A DNA stretch of 64,000 nucleotides. It comes from Gemmatimonadota bacterium. GTDB lineage: Bacteria; Gemmatimonadota; Gemmatimonadetes; JACCXV01; JAHWKZ01. Made by a program: the position numbers and the translations under genes. Positions 47,309-55,109 of this stretch are shown here, piece by piece. Every line of letters begins with the position of its first letter. Position 1 is the first letter of the stretch. Location: assembly GCA_035711625.1 (NCBI GenBank), contig DASTCA010000054.1, forward strand, positions 7,993 to 71,992. The letters are read 5' to 3'. Under the pieces are notes generated by a model, which did not search any database, was not told the DNA's origin, and worked only from the letters and a program-made list of their open reading frames with translations.

Positions 47309-49775
47309 CCGTCCCGCTTCGGACGAAGGGCTGCGCGTGGTCGGCCGCTCCCTTCCCAAGGTCGATGCGGTCGCAAAGGTCACCGGCCGGACCCGGTTCG
47401 CCGATGACCTGTCCTTGCCCCGCATGCTTCACTGCAAGCTCCTCCGCTCGACCACTCCACACGCCGAGATCCGAGCGATCGACACCCGGCTCGCCGAGGC
47501 GATGAGCGGGGTGGTCGCGATCCTGACGGGCAAAGACCTGCCGATTCCGTACGGGATCCTCCCGGTCAGCGTGGACGAGCACGCCCTCTGCCTCGACAAG
47601 GTGCGGTTCGTCGGCGATCCCGTCGCCGCGGTGGCGGCCGTGGACGAGGAAACCGCCGAGGAGGCATGCCGCGCGATCGAGGTCGAGTACGCCGATCTCG
47701 ATCCCGTCGCCTCGATCGAGGACGCCCTCGACGCGGAGGATCCCAGGATCCACCTCTACGGAGACGGGCACAACGTCCACAAGGCGGTGGCGCTCGAGTT
47801 CGGGGATGTCGACGCCGCGCTCGCCGACGCCGACCTCGTCCTCGAGGACACCTTCTTCTACGAGGGGAACACGCACCTGCCGATGGAGCAGCACGCCGCG
47901 CTGGCGGAATGGCGTCCGGACGGCAAGCTCACGCTCTGGACCTCGACACAGACGCCCCACTACGTCCACCGCGCGCTGGCCCGCGTCCTCGAAGTCCCGG
48001 CCAGCCGGATTCGCGTGATCGCGACGCCGAACGGCGGTGGCTTCGGTGGGAAGAGCGATCCGTTCAACCACGAGATCGCGGTGGCGGAGCTCTCCCGCCG
48101 GACCGGCCGACCGGTGAAGATCTGCCTCACGCGCGAAGAGGTCTTTTACTGCCACCGCGGGCGGCATCCGACGCTCATGTGGATCAAGACAGGGTTCCGG
48201 AAGGACGGCTCGATCACCGGCATGCACTTTCGCTCCTACCTCGATGGCGGAGCGTACGGCAGCTACGGGGTCGCGTCGACGTATTACACAGGCGCGCTAC
48301 AAACCGTGACCTATCCCGTGCCCGCGTACCGCTTCGAGGGGTTGCGCGCGTTCACGAACAAGCCACCTTGCGGCCCGAAGCGGGGTCACGGCACGCCGCA
48401 GCCGCGCTTCGCGCTCGAGGCCCAGATCGACAAGGCCGCCGAGCGGCTCGGCCTCGATCCCGCGCGGATGCGGCTGGACCATCTCGTCGAGCCGGGCTCG
48501 GTCACCGCGAACTACATGCGGATCGGCTCGATGGGACTCGGCGCCTGCATCGAGAAGGTCGTTGGGGCCTCGGGATGGCACGCGAAGCACGGCAAGCTGC
48601 CGGAGGGGCGCGGGGTCGGAATCGCGTGCGGGAGCTACATCTCGGGCGCGGGACTGCCGATCTATTGGAATGCGATGCCCCACTCGGGCGTCCAGCTCAA
48701 ACTGGACCGGGGCGGCGGCGTGACCGTCTTCTGCGGCTCGACCGACATCGGGCAGGGGTCGGACTCGATCCTCGCGTACGTGGTCGCGGAGGTGCTCGGC
48801 GTCGATCCGTTCGAGATCGACGTCGTGACGGCGGACACGAGCCTGACGCCGGTCGACCTCGGATCGTACTCGTCCCGCGTCACCCTCATGAGCGGCAACG
48901 CGGCCATTCAGGCGGCCGAGCGCGCCCGGGAGCTCCTCGTGCAGGCAGTCGCCGAATCGTGGGGGATTCCGGGGGGCAGGGTTGCGCTCGCGGACGGCCG
49001 CGCGCTCGATGTCGAGGACCCGGATCGTTCGATTCCGTTCGCCGAGGCGGTGGTGATCGCGGAGGCGAAATTCGGCACGATCGGAACCGTCGGCTCCTAC
49101 ACGCCGCCAGCGTCCCCGGGCCGGTACAAGGGCGCGGGCGTGGGCCCGAGCCCCGCGTACTCGTACGCTGCGGCAGTCGCCGAGGTGACGGTCGATCCGG
49201 AGACCGGCGAGACCCGAGTCGAAGAGATCTGGATCGCCCACGACATCGGGCGCGCGATCAACCCCGTGGTCGCGATCGGGCAGGTCGAGGGCTCCGTGTA
49301 CATGGGGCTGGGCGAAGCGCTGATGGAGGAGATGACGTACCGTGGAAACCGCAACGTCGTCCACCGGCATCCATCGCTCCTCGAATACAAGAGCCCGACA
49401 ACCCACGAGATGTGCAAGGTCCATACGTTCCTGATCGAGGATCCCGACCCGAACGGTCCGTTCGGCGCGAAGGAGGTCGGACAGGGACCGCTGCTCCCGA
49501 TCCCGCCCGCGGTGGTCAACGCGATCCACGATGCGGTCGGGGTGCGAATCGACGAGGTTCCCGTGACTCCGCAGAAGGTGCTGGCGGCGCTCAAGCGGAA
49601 GGCGAAGGGGCAGGAGCCGCGAGAAGGTCCGGGACCCGTCCCGGAGTTCGCGTGGCCCGAGTCGGTGCAGGTTCGTCCGCCCTGGGAAGGGGGCGACGGA
49701 CGCGCCGACGACGACCCGCGCCGGATCGGCGCCGGCGGGGTGCGCGGCGACGTGACCGGGGGCGTTCCCGCATGA
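47295..49775 (+). CDS. Molybdopterin-binding large subunit of second molybdo-flavo enzyme (HcrA/CoxL-like)
   Basis: 826 aa with GGGFGGK and typical XDH-family blocks. It overlaps the small-subunit stop. Confidence 0.8.
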   Translation: MATSDRPASDEGLRVVGRSLPKVDAVAKVTGRTRFADDLSLPRMLHCKLLRSTTPHAEIRAIDTRLAEAMSGVVAILTGKDLPIPYGILPVSVDEHALCLDKVRFVGDPVAAVAAVDEETAEEACRAIEVEYADLDPVASIEDALDAEDPRIHLYGDGHNVHKAVALEFGDVDAALADADLVLEDTFFYEGNTHLPMEQHAALAEWRPDGKLTLWTSTQTPHYVHRALARVLEVPASRIRVIATPNGGGFGGKSDPFNHEIAVAELSRRTGRPVKICLTREEVFYCHRGRHPTLMWIKTGFRKDGSITGMHFRSYLDGGAYGSYGVASTYYTGALQTVTYPVPAYRFEGLRAFTNKPPCGPKRGHGTPQPRFALEAQIDKAAERLGLDPARMRLDHLVEPGSVTANYMRIGSMGLGACIEKVVGASGWHAKHGKLPEGRGVGIACGSYISGAGLPIYWNAMPHSGVQLKLDRGGGVTVFCGSTDIGQGSDSILAYVVAEVLGVDPFEIDVVTADTSLTPVDLGSYSSRVTLMSGNAAIQAAERARELLVQAVAESWGIPGGRVALADGRALDVEDPDRSIPFAEAVVIAEAKFGTIGTVGSYTPPASPGRYKGAGVGPSPAYSYAAAVAEVTVDPETGETRVEEIWIAHDIGRAINPVVAIGQVEGSVYMGLGEALMEEMTYRGNRNVVHRHPSLLEYKSPTTHEMCKVHTFLIEDPDPNGPFGAKEVGQGPLLPIPPAVVNAIHDAVGVRIDEVPVTPQKVLAALKRKAKGQEPREGPGPVPEFAWPESVQVRPPWEGGDGRADDDPRRIGAGGVRGDVTGGVPA

Positions 49776-49797
49776 GCGTGCAGCGGAGCTCACTCGC

Positions 49798-50787
49798 ATG
49801 ATGCGACTTCCGCGATTCGAGTACCGCGCCCCGGCCTCGATCGCCGACGCCGTCGCAGCGAAGGCCGACGCGCCACCCGACGCCATGTACGTCGCCGGCG
49901 GAACGGACCTGTATCCGAACATGAAGCGCCGCCACCAGGTGCCGGGAACCCTGATCGCGCTCCACGGGGTCGAGGAGCTGAGGGGGATCGACACCCGCGC
50001 GGACGGAGGGATCTCGATCGGCGCCGGGGCCACGCTCACGGCGGTACGTCGCGACCCGCGCGTCCGCGCTTGCTGGCCCGCGCTGGCCGAGACATGCCGG
50101 CTGATCTCGACCCCGATCCTGCAGAACATGGGGACCCTCGGAGGCAATCTGCTCCTCGACACGCGCTGCAACTACTACGACCAGAGCTTCGATTGGCGGA
50201 GCGCGATCGACTTCTGCATGAAGAAGGACGGGTCGATCTGCTGGGTCGCCCCGTCGTCGCCGCGCTGCTGGGCGGTCCAGTCGGCGGACACAGTGCCGCT
50301 CCTCGTCGCGTTGGGAGCCGATGTCGATCTCGCGAGCGTCTCGGGGAAGCGGCGCGTGCCGGTCGCGGCACTCTACCGCGACGACGGGATCGTGTATCTC
50401 GCGAAGCAGCGCGACGAGCTCCTGACCCATGTGCACCTGCCCGCGCCGAACGGCTGGCGCGTGGTCTACCGTAAGGTGCGCCGTCGCGGGGCGTTCGACT
50501 TCCCGGTGCTCGGAGTCGGTGCCTGGGTGCGATTCGCCGGCGACGGCTCGGTCGCCGAGGCGCGCGTAGTGCTGGGCGGGGTCGGATCGTCACCCGAGGT
50601 CGTCGAGTCCGCGTCGGTCGCGCTGGTGGGTGGACGCCTCGAGGACGAGGCCATCGAAGCGGCCGCCACCGCCGCGTGGAAGGCGGGTCGTCCGCTCGAC
50701 AACACGGACTTCACGATCTCCTGGCGCAAGGAGATGATCCGGCCCACTGTCGCCCGTGCTCTGAGGGAGCTCCGGGGAGCACCGTGA
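49798..50787 (+). CDS. FAD-binding subunit with four-Cys insertion (candidate [4Fe-4S] loop), HcrB-like
   Basis: FAD motif VAGGTDL. The insertion LLLDTRCNYYDQSFDWRSAIDFCMKKDGSICWVAPSSPRCWAV carries 4 Cys. Such an insert is typical of the 4-hydroxybenzoyl-CoA reductase beta subunit and absent from the other FAD subunit at 38338..39162. Confidence 0.75.
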   Translation: MMRLPRFEYRAPASIADAVAAKADAPPDAMYVAGGTDLYPNMKRRHQVPGTLIALHGVEELRGIDTRADGGISIGAGATLTAVRRDPRVRACWPALAETCRLISTPILQNMGTLGGNLLLDTRCNYYDQSFDWRSAIDFCMKKDGSICWVAPSSPRCWAVQSADTVPLLVALGADVDLASVSGKRRVPVAALYRDDGIVYLAKQRDELLTHVHLPAPNGWRVVYRKVRRRGAFDFPVLGVGAWVRFAGDGSVAEARVVLGGVGSSPEVVESASVALVGGRLEDEAIEAAATAAWKAGRPLDNTDFTISWRKEMIRPTVARALRELRGAP

Positions 50788-51368
50788 AGATCGCGGGGAT
50801 CGTCCTCGCGGCGGGGCGCTCTGCGAGGATGGGCAGCCCGAAGGCGCTCCTGGAGATCGGCGACCGCACGTTCCTCGAACGCGCGATCGGGATCCTCGAG
50901 CGCGGCGGCTGCGCTGACGTGATCGCCGTGCTCGGCCGCGGCGAAGTCGTGGGTCGCGCCGGCGAGCTGGCTCGCGCGCACGGCGCCAAACCGGTTGAAA
51001 GTCCCGGCGGCGAACAGATCGAGAGTCTTCGCCTGGGCTTGGCCGCCGTCCCGGCCGACGCCGCCGCCGCCGTGGTCCTTCCAGTCGACCATCCTCTCGC
51101 AGACGCGCGCACGGTTGCCGCCCTGATCGGCGAGTTCGAAGCCACCGGTTCGCCGATCGTGCGGCCGGTCTACCGTGATCGGCCAGGTCACCCGATTCTG
51201 CTCGCGCGGGGCCTTTGGCTGGAGTTCGCGGATCCGGCTCTCGAGGAGGGCGCCCGCGACGTCATTCACCGCCACGCCGAGGAGATCCACGACGTCCCGA
51301 TCAACGACCGCGGCGTCACGGTCGACATCGACACTCCCGCGGAGTATCAGCGCGAGATCGGCTCGTGA
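50784..51368 (+). CDS. mocA: Molybdenum cofactor cytidylyltransferase (MocA-type nucleotidyltransferase)
   Basis: N-terminus [18 protein letters not shown]. The GTG overlaps the upstream stop. It sits in the maturation position downstream of the Mo enzyme. Confidence 0.7.
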   Translation: MKIAGIVLAAGRSARMGSPKALLEIGDRTFLERAIGILERGGCADVIAVLGRGEVVGRAGELARAHGAKPVESPGGEQIESLRLGLAAVPADAAAAVVLPVDHPLADARTVAALIGEFEATGSPIVRPVYRDRPGHPILLARGLWLEFADPALEEGARDVIHRHAEEIHDVPINDRGVTVDIDTPAEYQREIGS

Positions 51369-52183
51369 AGCGACTGGACGTCGCCGAGGCCCTCTCGATC
51401 GCCCGTCGCGCGATCGCCGCGGGACAGGACGCCGCGCTCGCCGTCGTCGTCTCCGCTCCGGAAGCCGGCCTCGTCGGCGCGCGCCTGGCGTGGGACGGTC
51501 ACGCCCATCATGGCGGGCTGGGGAGCGCGGACGTCGATGACGAGGGGCACGCGCTCCTGGAAGCCGCCCCCGACGTCCCGGGATGCCGGACCCTCGCGTG
51601 CGGGATCGAGCTGTATGTGGAGCGCTGGTCGCCGCGTCCTGAGATCGTGATCGTCGGTGCCGGCCACGTCGCCCGGCCGCTCGCTACGGTGGGCCGTCTG
51701 CTCGACTTCCGCGTCACGGTGCTCGATGACCGGCCCAAGCTCGCGACTCGCGAGCGCTTCCCGGACGCCGATCGGGTGATCGTGGCCGACTTCGAGCGGC
51801 CGTTCGCGGACGTCGCGGTCGGGCCCCGGACGAGCCTCGTCCTCGTCACGCGCGGGCACCGTCACGACTACGACTGCCTGCGGGCGCTGGCCGCGACCGG
51901 CACGGAACCCTCGTACGTGGGAATGATCGGGAGCCGCAGGCGGGTGCGTGCCGCGTTCGAGCAGCTCGCGGCGGAAGGCGTGGACGCGGTGTGGCTTTCC
52001 CGGATCCACGCACCGCTGGGACTCGACATCGGGGCGGAGAGCCCGGCGGAAATCGCGATCGCGGTGGGAGCCGAGATCGTCCTGGCCTCGCGCGGCGGGA
52101 GCGGGCGGCCGCTGTCAGAGAAGGCGGACGTCCTCCGTCACGTGCGCGCGCTCGCGCGAACGGGCCCGGTGGAGGCGTCATGA
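51365..52183 (+). CDS. XdhC/CoxI family protein, Rossmann-like C-terminal domain (encoded first)
   Basis: IVIVGAGHVARPLA dinucleotide-fold motif in an XdhC-like sequence. Confidence 0.7.
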   Translation: MKRLDVAEALSIARRAIAAGQDAALAVVVSAPEAGLVGARLAWDGHAHHGGLGSADVDDEGHALLEAAPDVPGCRTLACGIELYVERWSPRPEIVIVGAGHVARPLATVGRLLDFRVTVLDDRPKLATRERFPDADRVIVADFERPFADVAVGPRTSLVLVTRGHRHDYDCLRALAATGTEPSYVGMIGSRRRVRAAFEQLAAEGVDAVWLSRIHAPLGLDIGAESPAEIAIAVGAEIVLASRGGSGRPLSEKADVLRHVRALARTGPVEAS

Positions 52184-52518
52184 CGGAAGCGCTCGACGTC
52201 CTGTCGGCGTTCGAGGACGCGGTACGGGCCCGTCGGCCCGTGGTATTGGCCACGATCGTCCGGGCGAAGGGATCGACCCCGCGCGGCGTCGGGAGCCGGA
52301 TGACGATCGAGCCGGGCGCGGGTGCGGTGGGGACGATCGGCGGGGGATGCGGCGAGGCCCAAGTGGTCGAGGACGCGAGAGCGGCCCTGGCCGAACGCCG
52401 CCCGCGCCTCGTGCGCGTGAACCTGACCGAGGATCTCTATTCCTGGAGCCCAGCCGTGTGCGGGGGGGTATTCGACGTCCTGCTAGAGCCCTGGTGGCCG
52501 CCGGACCAAGGCGAATGA
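52180..52518 (+). CDS. XdhC/CoxI N-terminal domain protein (encoded second; split and permuted relative to canonical XdhC)
   Basis: VVLATIVRAKGSTPRGVGSRM...GTIGGGCGE matches the XdhC N-terminal domain. The ATG overlaps the upstream stop. Confidence 0.6.
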   Translation: MTEALDVLSAFEDAVRARRPVVLATIVRAKGSTPRGVGSRMTIEPGAGAVGTIGGGCGEAQVVEDARAALAERRPRLVRVNLTEDLYSWSPAVCGGVFDVLLEPWWPPDQGE

Positions 52519-52580
52519 GCCGGGGATCCCTCGGGCGAGTAGAATAGGCGGTCACGTCAACCCTCGTTACGGAGAACCGC

Positions 52581-53288
52581 ATGGCCTTGCGCGTCGCTCT
52601 CGTCCTCGGTGCGGCGGCGATCCTCGCCGCTAGCGTCTTCGGCCTCTTCTTCCGCTCCGCTCGCACCACGCGGGACACGATCCAGGTCACCGGCGCGGCC
52701 ACCGAGCGCTTCGAGGCGGATGTCGTGAAGTGGTCGATCACGATCAGCCGACAGGTGGGGACCGACGGAGTGGCCGACGGGTACACCGCCCTCCGCGAGG
52801 ACCGCGCGCGGGTCACCGGCGCACTCGCGCAGTCCGGTATCGCCGAGGGCGCGGTAAACGTGCAACCGGTCAGCGTGAATCCCCGCTGGGACCAGTTCGG
52901 AAGCCAGGTCGGGTTCAGCCTCGACCAGGGCCTGACCGTGGTCGCCGAAGGCGGCGGCCAGGCCCTGGAGGCGATCGCCCTGGACCCGGGACCTCTGCTC
53001 GAGAGCGGTGTCGTGCTCCAGTTCTCGCGGCTGGAGTACTTCTATTCCGGCATCGACGAGCTGAAGCACTCGTTGCTGTCCCAGGCCACCGCCGACGCGC
53101 GCCGGCGCGCGGAGGAGATCGCGGGCGGCTCCGACATGGCCGTCGACAAGATCGTCTCCGCCCGGGCCGGGGTGTTTCAGATCACGGAGCCCTTTTCGAC
53201 CGAGGTCAGCGACTACGGGGTGCACAACACAGCCACGCGCAGCAAGGAGATCACGGTAACCGTCCACGCGACGTTCACCGTCGACTGA
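52581..53288 (+). CDS. SIMPL domain (DUF541) periplasmic protein
   Basis: Signal peptide plus a SIMPL pattern (RLEYFYSGIDELKHSLLSQATADARRRAEEIA). Confidence 0.7.
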   Translation: MALRVALVLGAAAILAASVFGLFFRSARTTRDTIQVTGAATERFEADVVKWSITISRQVGTDGVADGYTALREDRARVTGALAQSGIAEGAVNVQPVSVNPRWDQFGSQVGFSLDQGLTVVAEGGGQALEAIALDPGPLLESGVVLQFSRLEYFYSGIDELKHSLLSQATADARRRAEEIAGGSDMAVDKIVSARAGVFQITEPFSTEVSDYGVHNTATRSKEITVTVHATFTVD

Positions 53289-54062
53289 ATGCTGTTCCTG
53301 GTGACGAACGACGACGGGTACCTGGCACCGGGCCTGCGTTCGTTGTCGGGAGCGCTGGAAGAACTGGGCGAGGTCGTCGTCGTCGCTCCGGATCGCGAGC
53401 AGTCCGCCACCAGCCATTCCCTCACGCTCCACCACCCGCTCCGGGTCCGGCAGACCGCTGACAACCGCTACCACGTCGACGGCACGCCCACGGACTGCGT
53501 GATGCTCGCCGTGAACGCGATCCTCGAACGGCGGCCGGATTACGTGTTCAGCGGGATCAACCACGGGGGGAACATGGGGGAGGACGTATCGTACTCAGGG
53601 ACCGTTTCGGCCGCCATGGAGGCCACGCTCCTGGGGATTCCGTCCGTCGCCGTGTCTCTTGTCCACGCGAACGAGGAGTGGCTCGAAGGCTACGAGCACG
53701 TGGTCCGGCGACTCGCGCGCATGATCGTGGAGGAACCGCGCCAGACGCTCTTTCCCGCCGACACATTGCTCAACGTGAACCTGCCGGATCGGCATCCCGA
53801 CACCATCGAAGGGGTTCGGATCACCACGCTCGGGAAGCGGGTCTACTCGGACCCCGTGCTCACCGACAAGGACCCGCGCGGCAAGACCTACTACTGGATC
53901 GGCGGGGGAGAGCCGACCTGGGAGGGGCCCGAGGAAGCGGACTATCGGGCCGTGGAGCGCGGATATATCTCGATCACGCCCGTCCACTTGGACCTCACGA
54001 ACCATCGCGTCATCCCGCACCTCAAGAAGTGGGAGTCCTTCGCGCTGCAGGGCGGCGCGTGA
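53289..54062 (+). CDS. surE: 5'/3'-nucleotidase SurE
   Basis: N-terminal MLFLVTNDDGY...APDREQSATSHSLT is a classic SurE start. Confidence 0.85.
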   Translation: MLFLVTNDDGYLAPGLRSLSGALEELGEVVVVAPDREQSATSHSLTLHHPLRVRQTADNRYHVDGTPTDCVMLAVNAILERRPDYVFSGINHGGNMGEDVSYSGTVSAAMEATLLGIPSVAVSLVHANEEWLEGYEHVVRRLARMIVEEPRQTLFPADTLLNVNLPDRHPDTIEGVRITTLGKRVYSDPVLTDKDPRGKTYYWIGGGEPTWEGPEEADYRAVERGYISITPVHLDLTNHRVIPHLKKWESFALQGGA

Positions 54063-54646
54063 CCTGGCACCGCCGGTTATACCACTGGGTCCTGTCGTGG
54101 GCGGAGCACCCGCAAGCGACGTGGGCCCTGTTCGCGCTCGCGTTCGCGGAATCGTCCTTTTTCCCGATCCCCCCGGACGTGCTGCTGATCGCGCTCTGCC
54201 TGGGCCAGCCGCGTCGGGCGTGGTGGTACGCGGTCGTGTGCACGATCGGCAGCGTCCTGGGCGGTCTCGCCGGGTATGCGATCGGCATGGGCCTCTACGA
54301 ATCGGTCGGCCGTCCGATCCTCGAGTTCTACGGGCTCATGGAGAGGTACGGTGAGGTTCAGGAACTCTACCGTCGCTACGACGTCTGGGCGGTCGGTATC
54401 GCGGGGCTCACGCCGATCCCCTACAAGGCGTTCACGGTCACGGCCGGCGCCTTCGAGATCTCCCTGCCGGGCTTCGTCGCGGCCAGTATCGTCGGTCGCG
54501 GTCTTCGCTTCGGACTCGTCGCGACATTGCTCCGGCTCTGGGGAGAACCCGCGCGCGAGTTCATCGACCGCCATCTCGGGATCCTGACGATTCTCTTCGC
54601 CGTTTTGCTCGTCGGCGGATTCTTCGTCATCCGGATGGCTCTCTGA
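54059..54646 (+). CDS. DedA/YqaA family membrane protein
   Basis: FAESSFFPIPPDVLL signature. The GTG overlaps the surE stop. Confidence 0.75.
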   Translation: MTWHRRLYHWVLSWAEHPQATWALFALAFAESSFFPIPPDVLLIALCLGQPRRAWWYAVVCTIGSVLGGLAGYAIGMGLYESVGRPILEFYGLMERYGEVQELYRRYDVWAVGIAGLTPIPYKAFTVTAGAFEISLPGFVAASIVGRGLRFGLVATLLRLWGEPAREFIDRHLGILTILFAVLLVGGFFVIRMAL

Positions 54647-54682
54647 CGCGTTCGGGCTGGGGCGGTTCCGGCAAACGAAAGG

Positions 54683-54710
54683 TTTACAAATGAAAGGAAT
54701 TCCGTATAAT
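54683..54710 (+). promoter_or_regulatory. Near-consensus sigma70 promoter: -35 TTTACA, 16-nt spacer, -10 TATAAT
   Basis: Seen directly. It is AT-rich and lies about 55 nt upstream of the Lys-rich micro-ORF. Confidence 0.4.
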
Positions 54711-54762
54711 CGGTGCAATTCACCGTAGTTGACCGGGACCTGAAACCACGGAGGAACGACGC

Positions 54763-54837
54763 ATGGCCAAGAAGAAGACGGCCAAGAAGCCGGCGAAGAA
54801 GTCGGCGAAGAAGTCGAAGAAGAGCAAGAAGAAGTAG
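54763..54837 (+). CDS. 24-aa lysine-rich micro-protein MAKKKTAKKPAKKSAKKSKKSKKK
   Basis: A GGAGGAA SD sits 7 nt upstream of the ATG. It has its own promoter and an intrinsic terminator, and is absent from the ORF track because of its size. Confidence 0.45.
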   Translation: MAKKKTAKKPAKKSAKKSKKSKKK

Positions 54838-54861
54838 CCTTCGTTCCACGAGCAGTTGGCG

Positions 54862-54890
54862 AAGGGCCGCCCGTTTCGGGCGGCCCTTTG
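54862..54890 (+). terminator. Rho-independent terminator (AAGGGCCGCCCG-TTTC-GGGCGGCCCTTT + U-tract)
   Basis: Perfect GC-rich hairpin followed by a T-run, immediately after the micro-ORF. Confidence 0.6.
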
Positions 54891-54968
54891 CGCTTGGGGG
54901 TCCTCGGAACTCGCGTTGCCGGAGCGCGGAGGGGCGGGTAGTTTCTCGATTCTGCCGTTGGAAATCGT

Positions 54969-55045
54969 CGGGGAGTAGCTCAGCCCGGTAGAGCACTACG
55001 TTCGGGACGTAGGGGTCGCAGGTTCAAATCCTGTCTCCCCGACCA
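54969..55045 (+). tRNA. tRNA-Pro (anticodon CGG)
   Basis: Manual fold: acceptor CGGGGAG/CUCCCCG, D-arm GCUC/GAGC, anticodon stem CUACG/CGUAG with loop UUCGGGA, T-loop UUCAAAU, discriminator A, CCA. Confidence 0.9.
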
Positions 55046-55109
55046 CGAAGAAGCGCGCGGAGGGCATGCCCCCCGCGCGCTCGTCGTTTCGGCCCCCGGG
55101 CGTGGCGGG

